Of a DNA stretch of 64,000 bases, positions 57,114-64,000 are shown piece by piece. The notes below the pieces were generated by a model. It saw nothing but the letters and a program-made list of their open reading frames with translations, was not told the origin of the DNA and did not search any database. Source of the DNA: Candidatus Lustribacter sp. (GTDB taxonomy: Bacteria; Vulcanimicrobiota; Vulcanimicrobiia; Vulcanimicrobiales; Vulcanimicrobiaceae); NCBI GenBank assembly GCA_965277805.1, contig OZ255842.1:5024001-5088000 (forward strand), written 5' to 3'. Position numbers and translations under genes: made by a program. Each line of letters begins with the position of its first letter. Positions within the stretch are counted from its first letter, which is position 1.

Positions 57114-58726
57114 GGGCGAAGCGTCCAATCTGCGATATTCCAAAATGTGGAGTTGACGATCGGCGGACGCACGCCATCGAGCTTTGCCGAGCGCATGTCG
57201 GTGATCTCGGCCCAGCGGAGCGTATAATACGGCAGTTCGCGCACGACGAAGTCTTGGATGCGGTCGTACAGTGCCTTACGTTTGGCGAATACCGGGGTGG
57301 AGGCCGCTTGCATTTCCATGTCCGTGAGCTCGGTGCTTCGAAAAAATGCAAGATTGTTGCCATGCGGCGGAATGGCGTCGATGGTATTGATGTTGAAGCC
57401 GGTCGGATCGGGTACGGCGTTGACGAACGCCGCAAGCGCGACGTCGATCTTGCCGCCGTAATAGGGCCCGCCCGCCGCTGCCGGTGCAAAGAACGTCGAC
57501 GGCGGGAACGTTTTGATAACGGTCTCGACGCCGATCGCCTTCCAGCGTTGCTGCAAGATCACGCCCGTCTGCTCCCGTGTGATGTTACCGCTAGGAAAGC
57601 CCAAGACGATGCTTAGCCGCTTTCCGCCTTTCACGCGAATGCCGTCAGCTCCGGGCACCCAGCCCGCCGCGTCGAGCAGCGCAGCGGCGTGCTTCGGGTC
57701 GAACGGGTAGTAGCTGACCTTCCGGTTATACCAAACCGTGCTGGGATTCTGATCCGCGGGCGCGAGCGCGCCGATGCCGTGCGCAACCTTCGCGAACAAC
57801 TCGTGAACGTCGAAGCCGTAGCACAACGCGAGACGCACGTTGTGGTCATTCGCCGGTGTGCGCTGGGTGTTGAAGGTGAGATGCTCCCAATACGATTGCG
57901 CGTTGATCGCGGGGAGCATTCCCGGGATCGGTCCAAGATTCACGTAGGTTGAAATATTCAACCGATCTGCCATATCGAGCTCGTGCGTGCGAAGCGCGAT
58001 CATCATCGTGTTGTCGTCGGCCAGAAATCTCACCACCACCCGTCCGATTTTCGGGGCACCGCGAAAATAATCGCGATTCGCCTCGAACACCATGTCGCTG
58101 CCGCGATGCCAGGCAACGAGCTTATACGGCCCACTCCCGACGGCGGCGGTCGCGACGTCGACTTGATTGAGGTTGGGGAGCGAACGCAACAGATGGGAGG
58201 GCACGATGGCGCCGCCGACCCGATCGCTGAACCCATCGATCGCCGGTGCCCACGGCCGTTTGAGAACGATTCGCACGGTATAGGGATCGGGCGTCTCGAT
58301 GCGGTCTATGACATTGTACGGATCGCTGACGTTGACGTTGTTGTTCGGATTCCGAAGCGCCGCAAACGTGAAGGCGACATCTTCGGATGTCACCGGCGCG
58401 CCGTCGTGCCAGCGCGCGTTGTGAACGAGATGGTAGGTGATCGACCGGCCGTCCGGCGCGATGCCGCCGTTCGCGAGGGTCGGCACGCGCTCGGCAAGAT
58501 CGGGTACCTGATTGCCGTGCTCGTCGTAGCGCGTGAGGCCGTCAAAAAGAAATTGTGCGATATCGGTTTCAACGGCAAGGGTACCGATAATCGGGCTCAA
58601 CGTTCCCGGTTCCTGGGTTAGCGCAACGTGGAGTTCCGCCGGCGACTGCGCATCGAGTTGCGGAAGCCCGGGAGCGAGCACGCCGATGATGAACGCGCTC
58701 GCCAGCGCAACCCGAAGCAGACGCAC
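57110..58726 (-). CDS. Peptide/nickel ABC transporter substrate-binding protein (family 5)
   Basis: PDLAE, WHDGAPVTSEDV, VGSGPYK and LLDAAGW motifs. Confidence 0.9.
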   Translation of the reverse strand: MRLLRVALASAFIIGVLAPGLPQLDAQSPAELHVALTQEPGTLSPIIGTLAVETDIAQFLFDGLTRYDEHGNQVPDLAERVPTLANGGIAPDGRSITYHLVHNARWHDGAPVTSEDVAFTFAALRNPNNNVNVSDPYNVIDRIETPDPYTVRIVLKRPWAPAIDGFSDRVGGAIVPSHLLRSLPNLNQVDVATAAVGSGPYKLVAWHRGSDMVFEANRDYFRGAPKIGRVVVRFLADDNTMMIALRTHELDMADRLNISTYVNLGPIPGMLPAINAQSYWEHLTFNTQRTPANDHNVRLALCYGFDVHELFAKVAHGIGALAPADQNPSTVWYNRKVSYYPFDPKHAAALLDAAGWVPGADGIRVKGGKRLSIVLGFPSGNITREQTGVILQQRWKAIGVETVIKTFPPSTFFAPAAAGGPYYGGKIDVALAAFVNAVPDPTGFNINTIDAIPPHGNNLAFFRSTELTDMEMQAASTPVFAKRKALYDRIQDFVVRELPYYTLRWAEITDMRSAKLDGVRPPIVNSTFWNIADWTLRP

Positions 58727-58808
58727 CAAGTAATATTTCTCCGGCTCGTGAGGGAAGCCCGCCGCGCAGGCGGCAAATGCATGGCCCGCGGCGAACGGCG
58801 GCGACGAG

Positions 58809-59348
58809 ATGAACAACAGCACGTCGCGCATTCAGGATATCCCGCCGGAGCAACTCTCGCCGCAGCAAAAGGCGGTGCTGGAAGACGTCCAGGCCGGACG
58901 CGGATTTCTCCCGGCCCCCTATCGGGTATGGCTACATCACTCCGCCATTGCGGAGCGCATGGAACGCTTGGGAACGTATTTGAACAAACGCGGCTTGCTT
59001 AGCGAGCGCGAGTTCGAAATCGCCATCACCGTGGTTGGGCAGCAGCTCGATAGCCCCTACGTGATCAACGCGCACATCAACGCGCTGGTGCGCACGGGTC
59101 ATCCGCCGGAGGTGGTCGAGGCGATCCGCGAACGCCGCCGGCCGACCTTTGCCACCGAGCGCGAAGGCGTGATTTACGACATCGCGATCAACGCCTATGA
59201 CCCTCAGCCGGCATCAGATGAGCTGTTCGAACACGCAACGCGCGTTCTCGGACGCGACGGGCTCGCCGAACTCATCGTGTTGATCGGCTATTACACCTCA
59301 GTAGCGTTAGCGATGAAGATGCACCGCGTGCCGGTGCCGCAGAAATAG
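58809..59348 (+). CDS. Carboxymuconolactone decarboxylase/AhpD-like protein
   Basis: PYRVWLH, REFEIAI, Y...H and LIGYY motifs. Confidence 0.8.
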   Translation: MNNSTSRIQDIPPEQLSPQQKAVLEDVQAGRGFLPAPYRVWLHHSAIAERMERLGTYLNKRGLLSEREFEIAITVVGQQLDSPYVINAHINALVRTGHPPEVVEAIRERRRPTFATEREGVIYDIAINAYDPQPASDELFEHATRVLGRDGLAELIVLIGYYTSVALAMKMHRVPVPQK

Positions 59349-59366
59349 CGCGACCGCAATCAGAAC

Positions 59367-59804
59367 CTACGGCGCCTCGCCGTAGCGGGTGATTGCCCGC
59401 CGGATCGTCTTCTTGTACGTGTTGAAGAAGCGCTCCGAGTTGTCGTCGCCGGCCTTGATGTAGTCCTCGCGCTTGGTCTGGAACGCGTTGAGGAAGTGCA
59501 CGATGCCGTAGAACGAGACAACCTCCGACGCGAAAACCGCATCGCATGTGCCGAGGTTTCCAGCCTGAGCATCGTAGAGTGCGGTCTCGAACGGCAGCAG
59601 CGGAAGTTCACGCGACCCGGGCTCATCGAGCCAGGCGAGCCGATCAGCCAGTAGGCGCGCAATTCGCGCCATCTCCGCGCTGAGAGCAGTGGTAATGTTT
59701 GCCCGAACCCGGCGCCGCTCCATGATGAAGTAATACAGCCCGAGACAGGCCGGCAGTGTGATTCCAAGCAGTGGAATGAGGATCGATGTGGCGAGGTTCA
59801 GCAC
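59367..59804 (-). CDS. Hypothetical protein with N-terminal TM helix
   Basis: 145-aa ORF: TM helix, basic patch, then a helical domain. Confidence 0.6.
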   Translation of the reverse strand: MLNLATSILIPLLGITLPACLGLYYFIMERRRVRANITTALSAEMARIARLLADRLAWLDEPGSRELPLLPFETALYDAQAGNLGTCDAVFASEVVSFYGIVHFLNAFQTKREDYIKAGDDNSERFFNTYKKTIRRAITRYGEAP

Positions 59805-60004
59805 GAGACGAGGCCCTCAATGATTGGACCAAAGCACGACCAAGCTTCCATAAACGAGCCACTTGGCCGCTAAGGCAGCCGGGCGATTAGTCAAGCGCCA
59901 CGCGCATTGCCCTAAAGTACGAGTTTGGGTTTTTACCTCGTCAGGTACATGGGTTTGGAATTTCCGCCATTCAAGTGCCTCATTTAGGTGCCTAAGGAGA
60001 AAGC

Positions 60005-61285
60005 GTGATCCGACGCGGGTTAACTTTGGTTTGTCTAAGCGTTCTGATCATGGTGATCGCGTTCGGCTCATGGAAGGTCTACACGGAACGTGCGCTTCGT
60101 CATTTACAAGCGCGCGAGGACGATCCGAATCCCGTCAAAGCTCGTCGCGTTGGCGGAATCCGCATTTCTTTGTCGACGCCCGTTAACTTCACGCACGTGG
60201 TCGTCGACAATAAAACTCTCCCAAACGGTCGCAAGCCGAAGGTGATCATCGATCCTGACGGTCAAGGGGGCGTCGTCGGGGCGCAGTACGGGAACAAGGG
60301 GTTTGCGCTGTATCGGCCCGGGCACGCGCCGTCTATCATCAATACGTACAGCCTCGGTATCGGTGACGAGGATGCACAGGCGGCCGATCTTGACGGTAAC
60401 GGATCGCCGGATATTGTCGTAGGCGGATTGGATAAGGTGATGTTTGTACTCTACAATCCGAATCGCCGTCGATGTCCGAATGTCTATCATTGTACCTGGA
60501 AGAGAGCGGTCATCGATAGCATTCACCCATCACACGATGTGCTGGTGGGAGATGTAAATCGAGATGGAAAGAACGATGTCGTCACTGAAGCCGGCGTCTA
60601 TTTCAACCGGGGGAGAGGACACGCGTGGCAATTTGCGGGGCGAGGTTTGATCCCGCGCGATGGGGAGGGAACGAGTCTCGGCGCTGTCTCGGCAGATGGC
60701 ATCTTAGATATTTTTGCTCCCTACCAATCAGGGACGCGTTTGGCGCGCTTCGTAAACCCGTTGCATCATGGTGCTGACCCGACTCACCACAATTGGCGAA
60801 CGCAGGTCATCGATCCCCATCCTCTCTTCGCCGGCAACATGACGATCGCCATCGCGGACATCAACCAGGACGGACGCAACGACATCGTCCTTGCTCCCAT
60901 GTATGGGGGCGGTGGTCTCGTGTGGTATGAAAATCCGAAGCCCGGAGCTACCGTCTGGTTACGCCATATGATCGACCCGACGGTCAACTTCGTCCACCAA
61001 GGATCGCTCCAGATTGGTAACTTCGATGAGAAGGGCGGCGCGGATATTGCCTTCGCGGAACAAGACCAATCGCCAACTCGTCGCATCGGCGTCTTTTACA
61101 ACGAAACGCGCAACGGCACTCGCTGGCGTCTCCAGGTGCTCTCGACGGACGGCGGGCACAACATTAAAGTCGGGGCGTTGGGGCGCGCTCGCCGGTTGAG
61201 TATCGTTTCGGCGCGGCACGGATACCTTGGAGGTAAGAATCCGCTCATTGCCTGGGAAGCCCAGCACGCGCAGCCTAGCAAGTAG
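60005..61285 (+). CDS. FG-GAP/VCBS repeat beta-propeller protein
   Basis: ADLDGNGSPDIV, GDVNRDGKNDVV and ADINQDGRNDIV repeats; AAGGAG RBS; lower GC than the core genes. Confidence 0.85.
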   Translation: MIRRGLTLVCLSVLIMVIAFGSWKVYTERALRHLQAREDDPNPVKARRVGGIRISLSTPVNFTHVVVDNKTLPNGRKPKVIIDPDGQGGVVGAQYGNKGFALYRPGHAPSIINTYSLGIGDEDAQAADLDGNGSPDIVVGGLDKVMFVLYNPNRRRCPNVYHCTWKRAVIDSIHPSHDVLVGDVNRDGKNDVVTEAGVYFNRGRGHAWQFAGRGLIPRDGEGTSLGAVSADGILDIFAPYQSGTRLARFVNPLHHGADPTHHNWRTQVIDPHPLFAGNMTIAIADINQDGRNDIVLAPMYGGGGLVWYENPKPGATVWLRHMIDPTVNFVHQGSLQIGNFDEKGGADIAFAEQDQSPTRRIGVFYNETRNGTRWRLQVLSTDGGHNIKVGALGRARRLSIVSARHGYLGGKNPLIAWEAQHAQPSK

Positions 61286-61337
61286 GCGGGCTGTGTTTAT
61301 GGCGAATCCGAATCCGGAAAGCGCCAGCGGCTTTGCG

Positions 61338-61445
61338 TTAGGCGTGATTGCAACCGCGAAGTAAGGCCACGACGACGAGCGTCAGTAGTGCGGACGTCAG
61401 CAGAGAGCCGAGGCATCCCATGCGGCTGCTGAAGAATAGGAACAC
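61338..61445 (-). CDS. Small membrane peptide (35 aa)
   Basis: GTG start, MFLFFSSRMGCLGSLLTSALLTLVVVALLRGCNHA*; too short for the supplied ORF track. Confidence 0.6.
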   Translation of the reverse strand: MFLFFSSRMGCLGSLLTSALLTLVVVALLRGCNHA

Positions 61446-61624
61446 GTTCGGAGCTGTACCCCAAAGCCGTCATTGTGCTCGGTCGCTGATTTACGTGATC
61501 CCCGTCACGCAAATGCGGACGAAACGCCACTAATTGTAATGGAATCGCAAGCTCGGAAAAAGACGCCTGGTATGATTGTGTAAACGGCCTGGCGCGCGTA
61601 CCACGCAGCGACTAAGCTCGTCTC

Positions 61625-61828
61625 ATGTTGATGTCACTAAAGGAACAGGCTGCGCTGCTCATCCCCTGTCCTCATCCGACAAAAGACGGACGGGCGTGTA
61701 AGGCCTACGTTTCGTGGTTTTGCGCCTCATGCAAACGGTTTACGTGCCGAATCCACGTGACTCGTCGCGATCGTGCTCCGGTCTGCCCCCACTGTTCTCA
61801 CGGTCTGAGCCGTCTTGGGGACCAGTGA
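61625..61828 (+). CDS. Small Cys-rich zinc-finger-like protein
   Basis: C-x9-C...WxCxxCxRxTCxxH...CxxC; 67 aa. Confidence 0.6.
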   Translation: MLMSLKEQAALLIPCPHPTKDGRACKAYVSWFCASCKRFTCRIHVTRRDRAPVCPHCSHGLSRLGDQ

Positions 61829-62067
61829 TGAGCGAGGCGCGCAACGCCGGCATTTCCGATGCCGAGCGGCGCACCGCTAAATCAGTTTGCGCGGCTACCA
61901 CGGTAGGCGGTGAGGCTTGCAGAGCGATCCCGCGTTGGCGGTGCGATGCGTGCGATCGTAATACGTGCGCCAACCACGTTGTGAGACTCCCCGCGGGGCC
62001 GCTCTGCGTGATCTGTAAGCGGCCCGCGACGCCGCTGATGCGGCGGAGCAATGCTCATCGGAACTGA
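61828..62067 (+). CDS. Small Cys-rich zinc-finger-like protein (paralog of the previous gene)
   Basis: Same Cys/His spacing; TGATG translational coupling with the upstream gene. Confidence 0.6.
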   Translation: MSEARNAGISDAERRTAKSVCAATTVGGEACRAIPRWRCDACDRNTCANHVVRLPAGPLCVICKRPATPLMRRSNAHRN

Positions 62068-62073
62068 GAAGAG

Positions 62074-62289
62074 ATGTTAGAAAAACAAGTCGAGCTGAGC
62101 CTAGTAAGAACGCTACATGCGCTCAAGCTCGCTATCCCTGGTCCCGTTTCTTCTAAGACTGACATTGGCGCAGGCAGCCACCGCATGAGTTATATTTGGC
62201 CCTGTGGATGCGCAGGTTTCGGCAGCGATGATGAAGCCCTAACTGTCAACTGCTGCTCAAAGCATTTCGGATTAATCTCCGGTCTGTAG
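62074..62289 (+). CDS. Small Cys-containing hypothetical protein
   Basis: 71 aa with WPCGC...CCSKH; purine-rich RBS; 6 bp after the previous stop. Confidence 0.5.
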   Translation: MLEKQVELSLVRTLHALKLAIPGPVSSKTDIGAGSHRMSYIWPCGCAGFGSDDEALTVNCCSKHFGLISGL

Positions 62290-62324
62290 TATAAACCCAA
62301 TTATTGCAGAGCCTCACTCCCGCG

Positions 62325-62362
62325 AAAAAAGAACCCGCTAATCCCTTACGGGACGCGGGCTC
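62325..62362 (-). terminator. Intrinsic terminator downstream of the tRNA fragment
   Basis: GAGCCCGCGTCCC-GTAA-GGGATTAGCGGGTTC followed by TTTTTT. Confidence 0.75.
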
Positions 62363-62367
62363 TGACG

Positions 62368-62417
62368 TGGTGGAGGTGAGCAGACTCGAACTCCTGACCC
62401 CTTACATGCGAAGCAAA
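62368..62417 (-). pseudogene. 3' half of tRNA-Ala(CGC), probable att site
   Basis: Minus strand reads TTTGC-TTCGCAT-GTAAG GGGTC AGGAG TTCGAGT CTGCT CACCTCC A CCA. U70 and discriminator A fit Ala. No D-arm or 5' acceptor strand upstream. Confidence 0.85.
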
Positions 62418-62500
62418 ACGAGCACAAAAAGCGAGAAGACGAAGAAGCCCCGCAACTCCGGGAAAAACCAATAGCTGCAAGGCTTTTTGTGCCGTTCCGG

Positions 62501-62564
62501 TTTCCAGGGGCTTCCGCCGACTTCCGCACCTTTCCGCCGAAATGGTCGTCAAATGGTCGTCAAA
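62501..62564. repeat. Tandem repeats: four imperfect 10-bp YTTCC units and two exact AAATGGTCGTC units
   Basis: TTTCCAGGGG/CTTCCGCCGA/CTTCCGCACC/TTTCCGCCGA, then AAATGGTCGTC twice. Confidence 0.75.
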
Positions 62565-62598
62565 AAAGCGACCGACTAGGCGGGAGACGTCTGCGATT

Positions 62599-63054
62599 TT
62601 AGTCGTACGCCCCGAGCTCCGCACCTAGCCCGGTCAATTCGGAGAGCGCCTTCTGCCGTTCGATCGCGCGCCGGCTCTTATACGCGAGGACGTCACCTAA
62701 GCGGAGTCGACGGTGCCGCCCCACCAGCTCGTGCGCCAAGTCCCCGCGGTCGATGAGGCGTATCAGGTATTGGCGCGAGACACCAAGGAGGTCGGCCGCT
62801 TTAGTGGTCTTCAGCTGGTGGTGAACGGCGCCAATCGCGATTGCATCGCCACGGCTGAGGATCTCGACCGCGCCCACGATAGTGCGGCAGATGGCCTCGG
62901 GCAGCTCTAGCGGCTGTTGGTCGCAGCCGACAAGCAAAGTAAGCGCGCTCGTCTGAGTCCGCGACAAAACCGCCCCGATCCGTGCAGCCTCGGCGCGATC
63001 GCACTCTTGGCCCTCAATGATGTCGACGCCGGGTCGCTCCAGAATTGCTTTCAT
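62599..63054 (-). CDS. Excisionase-family HTH DNA-binding protein
   Basis: LKTTKAADLLGVSRQYLIRLIDRGDL...VGRHRRLRLGDVLAYK motif. Confidence 0.85.
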   Translation of the reverse strand: MKAILERPGVDIIEGQECDRAEAARIGAVLSRTQTSALTLLVGCDQQPLELPEAICRTIVGAVEILSRGDAIAIGAVHHQLKTTKAADLLGVSRQYLIRLIDRGDLAHELVGRHRRLRLGDVLAYKSRRAIERQKALSELTGLGAELGAYD

Positions 63055-63061
63055 GAGGCCC

Positions 63062-63090
63062 AGGGTAGGCGCTAAACGCTATAAACGCAA
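63062..63090 (-). promoter_or_regulatory. Sigma70-like promoter of the HTH gene (probably leaderless)
   Basis: TTGCGT-N17-TACCCT, 7 nt before ATG; GCGTTTA direct repeats overlap it. Confidence 0.5.
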
Positions 63091-63310
63091 CCTGGCGCTT
63101 TGAACGCTCGGCAACGACTTTGAGTTACGCGATCCTCGGGCTGTCATCTAAGACCATTTGAGGGGCATTCTCTCCTGACGGCCAGGGTCTGATTGACAGT
63201 TATCCGAGCGTGGCACAGTAGAGCTCGCCAAGTGCGACTAGCTGACTTAGTGAGGGGCCATGAACTCCCAGGGACGGAATCCGTGAGCCGGACGTTGCGT
63301 AATTTCACGA

Positions 63311-63345
63311 GTTGCGGAATTCTGCAACATCTGATATATTGCAAC
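63311..63345 (+). promoter_or_regulatory. Promoter with an overlapping inverted-repeat operator
   Basis: TTGCGG-N17-(TGn)TATATT; near-palindrome GTTGCGGAATTCTGCAAC over the -35; ATG 6 nt after the -10. Confidence 0.6.
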
Positions 63346-63346
63346 T

Positions 63347-64000
63347 ATGTCGCCTGGCCTTCCGCTAGTCAAGGAGCTGATTGAGGACGCAATGCGGGAG
63401 CCCGCGGCGATTGAGGAGGTCGGCGGGCCGGCCGACGCAGTGATCCGCGCCGGGGGGCGTCGCTTTCTGGTTGAGATGAAGAGCGACGCACGCAGCGCCT
63501 CGGTCGCCTCGGCGATTTCACAGCTCGAAGCGTATCGTAATTCCTACCCAAACGGCGAGAAAGAACTGCTTCCGATCCTGATTGTGCGGCACATGGGCGA
63601 CGCTGGGGCAGACCTTTGCCGCCAGAGCGGTGTCAACTGGCTCGACTTTGACGGGAACGCTGACATCCAAGCACCAGACCTCCGCATCAGGATCGTGGGC
63701 CGACGCAACAGGCAGCGGCCGAAGCCGCAGCAAGGCGTGAATCCCTTTGCAGCCAAGGCTTCCCGAGTCGCTCATGTTCTTTTGTTGGAACCACGCAGAC
63801 TTTGGACACGCGCCGAGCTACAATCTGCGACTGGTCTAGACAAGGGCTCCATTAGCCGCACGATCCGAGCGCTCCAAACTGGCGGTTATCTCAAGCCAGA
63901 TTCGATGGCTCGATCGATCGTGACGGTCGCCGATCCACGAACCCTTTTAGCTGCGTGGGCCGAACACTATCGACCCCGGCCGGCAGCAGCGTATGGCTTA
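63347..64000 (+). CDS. AbiEi-like (type IV toxin-antitoxin) transcriptional regulator, partial
   Basis: Open frame to the window end: ADAVI...FLVEMK, LCRQSGVNWLDFDGNA, NPFAAKASRV, winged-helix WTRAELQSATGLDKGSISR, DPRTLLAAWAEHY. Confidence 0.75.
   Translation, partial: MSPGLPLVKELIEDAMREPAAIEEVGGPADAVIRAGGRRFLVEMKSDARSASVASAISQLEAYRNSYPNGEKELLPILIVRHMGDAGADLCRQSGVNWLDFDGNADIQAPDLRIRIVGRRNRQRPKPQQGVNPFAAKASRVAHVLLLEPRRLWTRAELQSATGLDKGSISRTIRALQTGGYLKPDSMARSIVTVADPRTLLAAWAEHYRPRPAAAYGL

Larger units (their letters stand above)
62418..64000. mobile_element. Left end of a tRNA-Ala-integrated genomic island (continues beyond the window)
   Basis: tRNA 3' fragment, tandem direct repeats, excisionase-type HTH gene, AbiEi-like gene, and lower GC. 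Confidence 0.7.

Noticed and set aside
62368-62417. Complete tRNA-Ala gene
   Set aside because: The 5' acceptor strand and D-arm are absent and the T-stem has a mismatch.
63141-63300. Weak inverted repeat (CTGTCA...TGACAG) and short ORFs between the HTH and AbiEi-like genes
   Set aside because: Pairing is poor, there is no terminator, and the ORFs have no coding features.

Overview
High-GC bacterial chromosomal window. Tandem large TonB-dependent receptors with N-terminal carboxypeptidase-regulatory-like domains, Pro/Thr-rich lipoproteins and many apparently leaderless genes suggest Eremiobacterota/Vulcanimicrobiota (inference). From left to right: (1) three TonB-dependent receptors, one frameshifted, plus a lipoprotein; (2) grxD-bolA, an acyl-CoA synthetase, and an MBL/NUDIX pair; (3) upstream of that pair, an unannotated ~270-nt structured RNA with its own promoter, terminator and a duplicated motif, which is the best novelty candidate; (4) rnd-acnA and a glycogen cluster (GH63-glgB-glgX-malQ-GMPP/PMM, with a divergent debranching enzyme); (5) TPP riboswitch-thiC and a half-length larC; (6) a putative aromatic/heterocycle catabolic region (Rieske oxygenase, bicupin, LVIVD protein, ThDP enzyme, aldo/keto reductases, orphan solute-binding proteins); (7) mscL; (8) a lower-GC accessory end with an FG-GAP protein, three tiny Cys-rich ORFs, a tRNA-Ala 3' fragment (att site) and the start of an integrated element (excisionase-type HTH, AbiEi-like gene). 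Start codons were chosen by eye, and functional calls come from motif recognition, not database searches.
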